DNA from: Thermodesulfobacteriota bacterium
GTDB lineage: Bacteria; Desulfobacterota; Desulfobacteria; Desulfobacterales; SURF-7
DNA: 64,000 nucleotides
Direction of reading: 5' to 3'
Assembly: GCA_049320885.1 (NCBI GenBank)
Contig: JBMORA010000027.1
Location: 32,001 to 96,000 of the forward strand
Of the stretch, positions 18,972-27,774 are shown piece by piece. The number at the start of each line of letters is the position of its first letter. The stretch's first letter is position 1. Both the position numbers and the translations under genes were made by a program. The notes beneath the pieces are model-generated. The model made no database searches. It had not been told where the DNA came from and was given only the letters and a program-made list of their open reading frames with translations.

Positions 18972-21951
18972 ACATTTTTTTTATTAGAGGGATTAATGAA
19001 TCATCTTTTTTCAATCCATAAAGCTTTTTCAAAAGCTCATCCAGTTCCGATTTAAGCAAGTGAAACTCTCTTTGTAACCTTGAAAGTGACCGCTTGTCTT
19101 TTTGATTTTTGTCTATTTCTCCCTGTTTCAGAATCAGTTCCTTTTGGGTTTTTACGATCTTAGTGTGAAATGTCTTATCCATTTTATTATTGAAGTCAAT
19201 CTTTCGAATTGGTAAACGCTTCAAAACTTTTGTTCCTCTAGCAATATAGCCACCTCTAAAAACTTCGCCCAAAAGAGCCGAAATCCATTCCAAGTATTTT
19301 GAGTTAAGCAAAGCCTGAATGTAATAGATTGAGTAAGGAGAATCGGGGGGGAGTGCAACAACACAATAGCCGGCTGTTCCTCCGGAGGAAATCAGTGTGC
19401 CATGAAAATCAATGGCGTATTTGTCGCCAACTGACAGAACTCCCACAATGATTTTTTTCGGTATCCCGCATTTGTCTAAACTTTGGTGTCTGCCATATCT
19501 GTGCCATTCATGTTTAGTTTCAGGTTCAGGTTTGATGTCTCTTTCTTGGTTGTCAAGTATGCTTTTATGTTGTTGCAAGTATTTATAAGCCGCAGGAAAA
19601 TTCTTCTTAATATCCTTTAACGAGATTAAATCTATACCTGATTTGGTAAGTTTGTAAGGGTAAATTACCCGTGCATTGGGTTTAAAAGGTCGATAAGTAT
19701 TCAGGTTGTCATCGCCAGAAGAAGTTTGGAAGTAAGGTTTCGTTATGGCCTTTTCAATTTTCCATTCCATTCCCTTTTTTTCAAAATAGTAATAGGTTTT
19801 ATCTTCCTTCTTAGGCTGAAAGATATAGATTGCATTGGCACTTGTTTGAATACCGTTAAAAATACCTTCACGGTCTACGATATCTTCCAGCAAAATACTT
19901 TGAGCATTAATTTTATCAAAGGCCGGTTTGAGTTCGGGAGGTACGAGCACCCAAACTTCTTTATTCAGGCTCTTTGTTTCTATAGTTTGGTACTCAATGT
20001 CATCTTTTTCACTAACCCTCCAGGCCGGTAAATCCATGATTTCGGTGTGTTGGAATGTTGAAAGTTTTTCTTTTCGGAGAATCAGCAGACACGTGTATGT
20101 GGTTTTACTGCTGAATATCTGGTTTGCGCCAAAAGAAACAATGGTATGAATATACTCTTTATCTTGCAAAAACTCTCTGAGTTTTAAACCGGCTCCTACT
20201 TTAGCGAATTTGCTTGGTACGATATATCCAAGCCAGCCTTTGTCTTTAAGTAAATCAATTGCCCGTTCAATAAAAACAAAGTATTTGTCGAATTGCTTGT
20301 AAGCAGAGGAGTATTTCTTTTTGTATATCGGAAGTTCAAGCGGAGTGATCTGCTTCATGTCTTCCGATTTCATATACGGAGGGTTGCCAACAATTACGTC
20401 ATATTTTTCCTTGCTAAAATCAAATGGATTTATTTTTGATAAAGCTTTTTTATCATTAACATCTTGTGGAGCAATCAATGTATTCCCAAAATGGATATTG
20501 CTGCTTAGATCAGGCAGAATTGGATTTTTTGAGTTGACTGAACTGTTGTCCTCACTTTCAAGAAGTTTTAGGAGCAACCCGAATTTTGTAGCTTCAACCG
20601 CATTATAATCTTTATCTGTGCCATAAATGCAATTCAAAAGCAGTTCCCGTTTTAGTTCAAATGGTAGCTTATAGGTATTTATGCTGGTATGAATAAGCTT
20701 TGAGCTGGCATTGTTGAGATAGAAGTCAAGCAATGTGTCGCTCAATAACTGGAACAGCTCTAAAAGAAAAGCACCTGAACCGCAGGCAATATCCGCCATT
20801 TTTGAACCAAGGATATCTTTAGCTGTTTTACCCTCACAAAACGGAGCAACTGTCTGATTTAAAATAGACTTGATAATAAAATTCGGAGTAGTGATAATAT
20901 CCCTGTCAACATTTTCCGGTTTTCGGACAAGTTCAATCTTTCCGTTTTGTATAGCGAGTTTTTCAGAAAGAAAAATTTCGTAGATGCTGCCCAATACATC
21001 AGATGAAAATACTGCAAAAGAGTAGGGGCTCTCCGGGTAGTAAAGTTGTCTGATGATCAACCAGAATATGGAGCTGATGTTGCCAATGATTTTTTCAGAT
21101 AAAAATTGATCAAACAAACCGGAATTGTATTTTTTATCTGCTTGATCGAACTTTTTCAGAAGGGCTTTGAAGTCCTGCTGATCGGCAAATTGGAGTAAGG
21201 TTTGATAGGCCTCTAAATCTCTATCTTCGCAGACCCGAAGAAAAATAATCCGGTTTATGTAGCTCTGTACGTAATCGTTGAGCAATTGCTCTGATATCCC
21301 GTGTTCATATTTGTAGATTTCTGCTCCAAGCTGTTTCCTCCATTCATTAATCTGATTCAGGAATAGATGGTCAATGCTGAATAGACTGAGCTTTTCTTCA
21401 ATGCTCTTCCATTCTTCATCAAACTGACCGGTGTAAACGGATTTTTTTCCAAGCAGGGATTGCAGTTCTTCAAACTTGTCTGCATATTCAGTGTAGTGGT
21501 ATTTTTTTATAAGGGCTTTGTTATGGTTGTCGTCTTTTTCAACTTTGATTGAACAATCATAGATCAACAGATATTCAAAATTGGAAAGCACCGATATTTT
21601 CAGCTTAGCGGTAAATCCATATCGCCTTACTTGTTTGGCGTTATCAATATTGGTTTCAATGGAAACGCTTGGCTTTTTAGCTTCAAGAAAAAATTTCCGT
21701 TCAGAGAACAGTCTGAAAGTATAATCTGGCTTTTTTGAGTTTTCAAATGCATTTGCCTTTAACGCTTCTTCTAAAAGGACTTCCCTTTCGTTAGTTGGCT
21801 TACCTGATTTGTTTTTGATATCCCATCCTAAAAACTCAAACAATGTATCCAGAAAATCAGACCTCAATTGCGTCTCATTATAAGTCGCTTTGAGATAATT
21901 ATCTCTGTTGGAATGATATTTATTTACAAGGTTTTGAATGGTTGTTTTCAT
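18958..21951 (-). CDS. Type IIG restriction-modification enzyme (Eco57I/AcuI-like), 997 aa
   Basis: N-terminal nuclease KPDY...LEAK (PD-(D/E)xK), DIACGSGAFL, VGNPPY, C-terminal TRD; family recognised from memory of Eco57I/AcuI. Confidence 0.9.
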   Translation of the reverse strand: MKTTIQNLVNKYHSNRDNYLKATYNETQLRSDFLDTLFEFLGWDIKNKSGKPTNEREVLLEEALKANAFENSKKPDYTFRLFSERKFFLEAKKPSVSIETNIDNAKQVRRYGFTAKLKISVLSNFEYLLIYDCSIKVEKDDNHNKALIKKYHYTEYADKFEELQSLLGKKSVYTGQFDEEWKSIEEKLSLFSIDHLFLNQINEWRKQLGAEIYKYEHGISEQLLNDYVQSYINRIIFLRVCEDRDLEAYQTLLQFADQQDFKALLKKFDQADKKYNSGLFDQFLSEKIIGNISSIFWLIIRQLYYPESPYSFAVFSSDVLGSIYEIFLSEKLAIQNGKIELVRKPENVDRDIITTPNFIIKSILNQTVAPFCEGKTAKDILGSKMADIACGSGAFLLELFQLLSDTLLDFYLNNASSKLIHTSINTYKLPFELKRELLLNCIYGTDKDYNAVEATKFGLLLKLLESEDNSSVNSKNPILPDLSSNIHFGNTLIAPQDVNDKKALSKINPFDFSKEKYDVIVGNPPYMKSEDMKQITPLELPIYKKKYSSAYKQFDKYFVFIERAIDLLKDKGWLGYIVPSKFAKVGAGLKLREFLQDKEYIHTIVSFGANQIFSSKTTYTCLLILRKEKLSTFQHTEIMDLPAWRVSEKDDIEYQTIETKSLNKEVWVLVPPELKPAFDKINAQSILLEDIVDREGIFNGIQTSANAIYIFQPKKEDKTYYYFEKKGMEWKIEKAITKPYFQTSSGDDNLNTYRPFKPNARVIYPYKLTKSGIDLISLKDIKKNFPAAYKYLQQHKSILDNQERDIKPEPETKHEWHRYGRHQSLDKCGIPKKIIVGVLSVGDKYAIDFHGTLISSGGTAGYCVVALPPDSPYSIYYIQALLNSKYLEWISALLGEVFRGGYIARGTKVLKRLPIRKIDFNNKMDKTFHTKIVKTQKELILKQGEIDKNQKDKRSLSRLQREFHLLKSELDELLKKLYGLKKDDSLIPLIKKMYEAN

Positions 21952-21973
21952 AAAACATTCTCATTTTTTGTAT

Positions 21974-22045
21974 GGCTAACGCCTTTCTCACCTGACGGTG
22001 TGGAGCGGCAGCGTAACACCGGTCAGGTGCAGAAAGTGGTTAAGC
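21974..22045 (-). other. attC site (72 bp)
   Basis: R'' GCTTAAC contains the upstream gene's TAA; arms cacctgac/gtcaggtg and ggtgt/acacc with bulges; R' GTTAGCC. Confidence 0.88.
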
Positions 22046-22777
22046 GCCCATTTTTCTAAGATATTCGATAAAGCCTTTTTCGAACATCGTCTGAACGTCA
22101 TTTATTTGCAATTTTATAGAAACAAATACGTCCTTGTTCTTGATTTGACAGTACCCCAACATATTAACGCTTTGGTCGGTTATCTGTGGCAACCGGCCTT
22201 GGTGGACAAAAGCGTTCCTTTCCTTGTAGAGCATGTCCACGAAGGCTTTCAATCTTTCATCAAAGTTGAGCGATTTGTATTTAGGGCTTTGGTCTTTAAT
22301 ATCAAAACCCGCGATTAATTTTTGTTTGTCTTCGAGAGTAAAATATCTATTAACAAAACTGCGCACTTTCTCTGTAGAGCCATGTTTTGCATAATATTCA
22401 TTCTGAAGAGATACGATTGTTCTTTTAAGATCTTGTTGATCAGTTATTGGAAATGAAATCGATTCAGGTTCTTTAATTTTGGCTAATAACCATTGGTCAA
22501 AGGGCTGAAATTTCTCATCCGCTGTAGCTTCCATTATTGAAAATATTGAAATCAAAATAACACCAGCATGTTTGATCTCTTTCGTTACGACATAATAAAA
22601 AAAGCCTAATCTTATTATTTCTTCTTTTTCGTCGTTTAATTTTGACAAGCGTTCATTAAAATCATTACGATTTTCAAAATATTTTTCAAATGCGCAATAA
22701 AAAAGATCACTATTTATCCTATACATATCGTTAATGAAGGTATCGGGAAAAGGCTTTATTTGATCTTTATCGTTCAT
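22040..22777 (-). CDS. HEPN-motif protein (cassette; candidate anti-phage RNase)
   Basis: SIFSIMEA followed by LYKERNAFVH (Rx4H); ATG at 22777 lies inside the cassette boundary. Confidence 0.6.
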   Translation of the reverse strand: MNDKDQIKPFPDTFINDMYRINSDLFYCAFEKYFENRNDFNERLSKLNDEKEEIIRLGFFYYVVTKEIKHAGVILISIFSIMEATADEKFQPFDQWLLAKIKEPESISFPITDQQDLKRTIVSLQNEYYAKHGSTEKVRSFVNRYFTLEDKQKLIAGFDIKDQSPKYKSLNFDERLKAFVDMLYKERNAFVHQGRLPQITDQSVNMLGYCQIKNKDVFVSIKLQINDVQTMFEKGFIEYLRKMGA

Positions 22778-22789
22778 AGATGATATGGC

Positions 22790-22921
22790 GCTTAACACTA
22801 GAGCTGTGGGGCCGGGAAACGCACCTGCACAGCATTGAAAAAAGTTACAAATATTTTGCCTGCAAAGGATTTGGAAAAAAGCCGCGACCTTTCCCGGTCC
22901 CTCACAAGCGAATGGTTAGCA
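22790..22921 (-). other. attC site (132 bp)
   Basis: Plus strand gcttaac...gctgtggggccgggaaa...tttcccggtccctcacaagc...gttagca. Confidence 0.85.
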
Positions 22922-22944
22922 TCTCTGGACTTCTGCGCTATTGA

Positions 22945-23157
22945 TTAACTGTTTATCGAACGAAACCATTTTGGCACTTTCCCTTGAATAGTCACATATG
23001 AAAATAATAGCAAAAGCAATGATCCAGAAATTAGAAAACTCCAAGATTTCGTTTCAGCGACAAAAATTTCAATTGCTAATGCAAATAAAAATAATACACT
23101 GGAAATTCCAGCGAGTATTCTATAAACAGTTTTGATTTTTGGATCTACTTCTTTCAT
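22945..23157 (-). CDS. Small two-TM membrane protein (cassette), 70 aa
   Basis: Two hydrophobic segments; fills the space between two attC sites. Confidence 0.7.
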   Translation of the reverse strand: MKEVDPKIKTVYRILAGISSVLFLFALAIEIFVAETKSWSFLISGSLLLLLFSYVTIQGKVPKWFRSINS

Positions 23158-23167
23158 AATTTTTGGA

Positions 23168-23293
23168 TGCTAACACACTGCTGTGGGGCAGCCAGGGCTC
23201 CCACAAATTTTATAAAAAACGATAAAAGTTCAATTTTCAACAATATTTCAAATCGGCTCGGCCCTGGCTGTCCCTACCAGCAGATTGTTCGGC
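23168..23293 (-). other. attC site (126 bp)
   Basis: Plus strand tgctaac-aca-ctgctgtggggcagccagggc...gccctggctgtccctaccagcag-att-gttcggc. Confidence 0.87.
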
Positions 23294-23305
23294 CCTTTAC
23301 CATTA

Positions 23306-23767
23306 TTAAGGTGAATATTCATGTATAATGTCCGATGCTGTGATTATCCAATCAGGACCATCGGCCCATTCTATTGTATGAATAATTAGGCCATCATCTG
23401 AAAGTGAAAATTCATCATATCTCCAGTCTCCGTGTGTTCGAGTTATGTTTGTTCCAGGCATATTAAGTTGATATTTTTCCACTATGGGATAACGAAGGGT
23501 GATTCGTCCTGAATATGCAGACTCGAGCTCTACTGTGATTCTGCAATACTGATTATTTTTTTCTATTGTATCCGACATTGTAAAGTTTATAAGCCGACTG
23601 TCATGTGGAGCTTCAGGTTTATCAAATGAATACCACCACTCCGAAGTTGCAATTTTAAATGCATTTTTTGGAAAACGATCCCGAACAGAATTGAGATAGC
23701 CCATGTATTGTACCCAATTCTGGTCTGAATTATCAGAGTGCCTCTGTTTTGAAAGAATAAATGCCAT
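23306..23767 (-). CDS. Hypothetical cassette protein, 153 aa
   Basis: Fills the cassette; conserved-looking PHDS, HGDWRYDE and HTIEW motifs; function unknown. Confidence 0.75.
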   Translation of the reverse strand: MAFILSKQRHSDNSDQNWVQYMGYLNSVRDRFPKNAFKIATSEWWYSFDKPEAPHDSRLINFTMSDTIEKNNQYCRITVELESAYSGRITLRYPIVEKYQLNMPGTNITRTHGDWRYDEFSLSDDGLIIHTIEWADGPDWIITASDIIHEYSP

Positions 23768-23788
23768 TATAAATTTCCAATATTATGA

Positions 23789-23887
23789 GGCGAACGTTTA
23801 AATGAGCTAACACAAAAGCCGCCAAAATATTTGATTTTATCAAGAATCGACCCGGCTTTTGTGGTTAGCTCTATTTTTTTGTTCGGT
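23789..23887 (-). other. attC site (99 bp)
   Basis: Plus strand ggcgaac...aaatgagctaacacaaaagcc...ggcttttgtggttagctctattt...gttcggt. Confidence 0.85.
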
Positions 23888-23995
23888 TACTTTTAATATA
23901 CAGATATATAAACCTCTATCAAAATATAACCAAGAGTACATGACAATTTTGGTTCAACCAGCACTCAGGGAATAAAAAACTGTAGAAATTGTAAA

Positions 23996-24922
23996 TTATA
24001 TCCCCGATAATTTTTTATTTGTTGAATTTATTCGATTATATTTTTTAATTTCACCATTTATAGTTTGGATAATGAAAAAGTCATTTGTTATATCGATGAT
24101 AATATCCTTATCCGTATCGCCTTTTGAGGCACTATTGCTTGATGATTTTTCATATACATAATAAAGAGTTGAATCTTTGATTTTCCATGTACCTGAGAAA
24201 TCAATTGCTATTGTTTTTTTTTGCTTTAAATGACCATCATACTTGCCATTAGTATAAAAGTTTAATTGTATGGTCTTTTCCTTCTCGCTATTTACATGTT
24301 TCCAGGAGCCAATCAAACTTGAAGCAAGATTTGGATAATTGCGAGCCTCGGCACCACGCAAACGTTTTTGTTTAGATATCAAAACTTCTTTAAGTCGCTC
24401 TATTTGGATACTAAAAAAATCACAATTATTATTTATGGTTGGCTTTAACTCAATTGCTTTGTCAAAATCTTTAATGGCATTTTCGTGTTTACCAATATTA
24501 TAATAGGCAATACTTCTATTATAGTAAACGAGTGCATCATTTGGTTTCAAAGTTAAAGCCTTATTGTAATCTTGGATGGCCAATTCTTTTTTACCAATCC
24601 AATCATAAGCATTCCCTCGATTAACATAATATTCAGCTTTGTTAGGAACTAACTTAATTGATTTAGTAAAATCATTAATGGCTTTATCATATTGTTTTAA
24701 TTCAAGGTAACAATTCCCCCTTCTGTTGTAAGCAATAGGATTATAGGGATTTTTTGCTATTTCTTTTGAAAAGCTATCTATTGCTTGCTCATAATTGCCA
24801 GAATCATATTGCCTTATTCCTTCCTTAATAAACTGAAGATCATATGCAAATGTATTTGTTATACTCAAATACATTGAAATTATAAATAAAAAGGGGAAAG
24901 AAACTATCTTAATTAATTTCAT
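23996..24922 (-). CDS. Exported TPR-repeat protein (first cassette)
   Basis: Signal peptide; about four TPRs (AYNRRG, YYVNRG, VYYNRS); C-terminal 'LIGSWK' beta domain. Confidence 0.85.
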   Translation of the reverse strand: MKLIKIVSFPFLFIISMYLSITNTFAYDLQFIKEGIRQYDSGNYEQAIDSFSKEIAKNPYNPIAYNRRGNCYLELKQYDKAINDFTKSIKLVPNKAEYYVNRGNAYDWIGKKELAIQDYNKALTLKPNDALVYYNRSIAYYNIGKHENAIKDFDKAIELKPTINNNCDFFSIQIERLKEVLISKQKRLRGAEARNYPNLASSLIGSWKHVNSEKEKTIQLNFYTNGKYDGHLKQKKTIAIDFSGTWKIKDSTLYYVYEKSSSNSASKGDTDKDIIIDITNDFFIIQTINGEIKKYNRINSTNKKLSGI

Positions 24923-25408
24923 CTTTTATATCCAATTGAACAATTCGCATAGGTCGAACAAATTGACCGAACCACATTGGTTAACAGGTCAATTTTCCCT
25001 GATAAGTTGATATTGAGGGGGTTTTCGGGCAAATTTACCCTGAAATGAAATCAGGGTTGATTTAAGCCGAAAGTTATGTTCCCATCCGTCCTTATTTGAG
25101 ATCAACCTCAACAAGCTCTTCCCGATCCATAGAAACTTGGTTCGCCTACTGAACGATACATCCGAAAAGAACCAAACAAAGCGATACTGTAAATATTTAA
25201 AGAAGTTAAAACCCTATTTAACTGGATATGTCAACAATAAAAAACCATGAACTTTCATTTCGGGATTCAATACGCGACCAGTATTGCTCAATATCCCAGG
25301 GAAATGCCTATTGTAACTGAACTATACAGTTCACGCGTTTTCTCATGAATCGAATGACCGCCAATCGAATGCGGAATATTTTTTAATCCGGGGTGATCCT
25401 CAAGAATT

Positions 25409-25450
25409 TGGTGTGGGAATTGGTGTGGGAAAAATTTCCAAAATGTGGGA
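25409..25450 (+). repeat. Putative integrase arm-type sites, right (TGGTGTGGGA x2 plus TGTGGGA)
   Basis: Copies at 25409-25418, 25421-25430 and 25444-25450; same motif and 2-nt spacing as at the left end. Confidence 0.7.
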
Positions 25451-25549
25451 AAAACGACTAAAGACCGAAAAAATCGAATAACAATAATATTATTAACAAT
25501 CAATATGATAAATAGATTTGAGGAGGTTAGGAAACTCGAAAATCCTTGT

Positions 25550-25598
25550 CTTCGAATCCGTAGGCCGGGGGTTCGAATCCCTCCGGGCGCGCCATTTA
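25550..25598 (+). repeat. attR core (49-bp duplicate of the tRNA-Arg 3' half)
   Basis: Identical to 13281-13329; lacks the tRNA 5' half. Confidence 0.95.
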
Positions 25599-25658
25599 AA
25601 TCAAGTACTTAGCGCGAATTTTACCAATTTTTCAGCCCGAAAAATCGGCGATTGTGCC

Positions 25659-25705
25659 CGGTGGTGTGTGTGGTAGGGGGCCGTGAGACCACTCCCTATC
25701 CCGAT
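25659..25705 (+). mobile_element. Probable 3'-terminal remnant of a group II (class C-like) intron
   Basis: cggtggtgtg...ggtagggggccgtgagaccactccctatcccgat resembles the end of DV plus DVI; no RT ORF or complete DV. Confidence 0.5.
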
Positions 25706-25768
25706 ATGCGGTAGCTTGATTGCTTGAAATCTCCATCAATGTCCATACAAAATCGAAGCGCGGCCGAC

Positions 25769-27577
25769 TCAAGGCGCCATTGTTTCGGGCGTCACCTCCC
25801 AACCCGCCTCGATGCCGCCTGGCAGCATCTGGCCTCGATCTTCACCAACCTCGGCATCGATCAGGCCATTGAGCTTTTCGTTCATAGCGACGACCAGTTC
25901 GCGGTGCTGCTTGCCGGACGCAGCGAGATTCTTCATTTCCAAAGGATCGGCTTGGACGTCGAAAAGCTCGACATCATTGAGCCGATAGAGTTCTTCCAGT
26001 GTTTTTGGACGGTTATGCTGCTTGGGAGAAAAATAGCGGGCGAACACGTACTGGCCGTCGTACACCATCCTCACCGCGCCACGTTTCGTCATGTCAGGGA
26101 CAATGCCTGCTTGCTTGAGCTGTCTCGGATTCCCGCCCTGCTTGATGTGAGCAACGGCCTTGTATAGAAAATCCCCGTCGAGATATGCGAACATGTTGTA
26201 GTTGAACAGGGCACCATCCCTTACGGCGGTGAGATCGGCGCTCTGCGGGGCGGCCAGGACGCCAGAGAAGTCTTTGCCAGGCACACCCTTGACAATGTTG
26301 GCACGCTGGCCCGGTGCAACGCCCGTCAGCGCAACCAGCGTCGGGGCAAGGTCGACATGGGAGGTGACAGCACGACATTGTTTGCCTCCGGGATAAGCGG
26401 GATGTACCACAATCAAGGGCACGTGATTCTGTTCGCGATACGACACCGCCCCCTTGGCATGCAGCAGGTGTGCGCCGTCCATGTCTCCATGGTCCGACGT
26501 CAGGATTACAATAGTGCGGTCGGTGAGGCCTGCCGCATCGAGTTCGGCAAGAACCGCGGCGATATTACGATCAACGTCGCGCAGACAATTCAGATAGTAG
26601 TTGTGTCGCCGACGCCAGCGTGGCTCCTCATTAGGAATTTCCCCCACGAGGGCATCGTGTGAACGCAGGAAGTCGCGATGCGCTGGTGGCCGGCCCGGTG
26701 CGTCGAGCGGTTGGGTGTGATTTGCCGGCAGGTCGAAGCGCCATTGCTTGGCATAAAGCGGATCGCTCGGTTCCCGTACCACATGGGTGAGGGCCTTCGG
26801 AGCTTGGTGCGCCGTGCCAGGCGCATCCGTGTCATAGAACATTACATCATGCGGATTCACCAGATTGACGGCGAGGAACCACGGTTTGTTCTGGGAAGCC
26901 AGTTCGCGCCCCTTGCCGCGCAACCAGCTGACGGACATGGCGGCAATCACGCCGTCATGCAGATAGCCCCCCTGATGATGCGCGATGATATCGCCCACCC
27001 CGAAGTAATCGGAGAAACCGTAGTCCTCCATTTCCTGGGTAAAAATCTTGGTGGGCGTACCCAGGGTGTTGACCGTCTCGAAGTCCTTGTTCAGGTGCCA
27101 CTTGCCCTTGTATGCCGTGTAGTAGCCGGCTGCGCGCAACATGTCCCCCACAGTGGGAAGTTCGGTCGACATGCTGCTGATCCAGGGGAAATTGGTGTTA
27201 TCAAACATTCGGGTGTTTTGAATGTGTTGGCCGGTATAAAGGACAGACCTCGATGGTGTGCACACGCAGGAATTGATCCGATGATTTAGAAACGTTGTAC
27301 CCTGCTTGATCAAGCGCTCACGGGCAGGCAGCCTAAAACCAGCTGGCAATTCACCCGGGCGAAAGAAACGCTCCTGATCGGTAAGAAGGAAGAGAATGTT
27401 GTAAGGGCCAGCGGCAAGCCTTTCGTTGCGTGAGGGGTGTTCATTACCAGCCGCGGCGAATGCCTTTTCGGATCCACTGCCAAAGGCGCCCAAACCGGCA
27501 ACCATCGCACCGGCTCCGGCAAGACACATAAATTCACGCCGCGAAATGGAGGAGCTATAATCATCGTGATCTCTCAT
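25769..27577 (-). CDS. Tat-exported sulfatase
   Basis: SRREF twin-arginine signal, CTPSR formylglycine motif, GKWHL, SDHG; AAGGAG RBS before ATG 27577. Confidence 0.9.
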   Translation of the reverse strand: MRDHDDYSSSISRREFMCLAGAGAMVAGLGAFGSGSEKAFAAAGNEHPSRNERLAAGPYNILFLLTDQERFFRPGELPAGFRLPARERLIKQGTTFLNHRINSCVCTPSRSVLYTGQHIQNTRMFDNTNFPWISSMSTELPTVGDMLRAAGYYTAYKGKWHLNKDFETVNTLGTPTKIFTQEMEDYGFSDYFGVGDIIAHHQGGYLHDGVIAAMSVSWLRGKGRELASQNKPWFLAVNLVNPHDVMFYDTDAPGTAHQAPKALTHVVREPSDPLYAKQWRFDLPANHTQPLDAPGRPPAHRDFLRSHDALVGEIPNEEPRWRRRHNYYLNCLRDVDRNIAAVLAELDAAGLTDRTIVILTSDHGDMDGAHLLHAKGAVSYREQNHVPLIVVHPAYPGGKQCRAVTSHVDLAPTLVALTGVAPGQRANIVKGVPGKDFSGVLAAPQSADLTAVRDGALFNYNMFAYLDGDFLYKAVAHIKQGGNPRQLKQAGIVPDMTKRGAVRMVYDGQYVFARYFSPKQHNRPKTLEELYRLNDVELFDVQADPLEMKNLAASGKQHRELVVAMNEKLNGLIDAEVGEDRGQMLPGGIEAGWEVTPETMAP

Positions 27578-27774
27578 ATTATCTCCTTGTGATTTATTGC
27601 TCTTATATAGATAAAGCCACCGCATAATCGCGGGCGGATGCCCGCGTCCGTGTGCATGCCGTGTGCCGGGCACGGCACGTGTTCTTAAAAGTGAGCCAAC
27701 GCTATCATATCTTTGATAATTTTGGCAAGTCCTAGAACCAGCCTGATGGAGGCGAAGGGTGTGGCGGCAAGCAA

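Larger units (their letters stand above)
17301..24971 (-). mobile_element. Integron cassette array without integron integrase (CALIN), five cassettes
   Basis: Co-oriented AT-rich genes, each unit followed by an imperfect palindrome bounded by ...AAC and GTT... boxes; each cassette start is complementary to its own R'' box. Confidence 0.88.
13281..25598. mobile_element. tRNA-Arg-integrated element, about 12.3 kb (integrase + Xis-like + Rep_trans + cassette array)
   Basis: Perfect 49-bp direct repeats at both ends, integrase next to the tRNA, arm-type repeats at both ends, visibly AT-rich interior. Confidence 0.93.

Noticed and set aside
17301..23887. CRISPR array or intrinsic terminators as the explanation for the intergenic palindromes
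   Set aside because: The units differ in sequence and length, are separated by whole genes and carry AAC/GTT boxes with bulged bases; no cas genes are present.
24966..25079. A sixth attC site
   Set aside because: Bounded by accgaac and gttatgt, but the arms pair poorly with asymmetric spacing; the best hairpin (25023-25072) excludes the left box and no gene precedes it. Not fully excluded.
13281..25598. Prophage or ICE
   Set aside because: No capsid, terminase, tail, Zot-like or type IV secretion genes.
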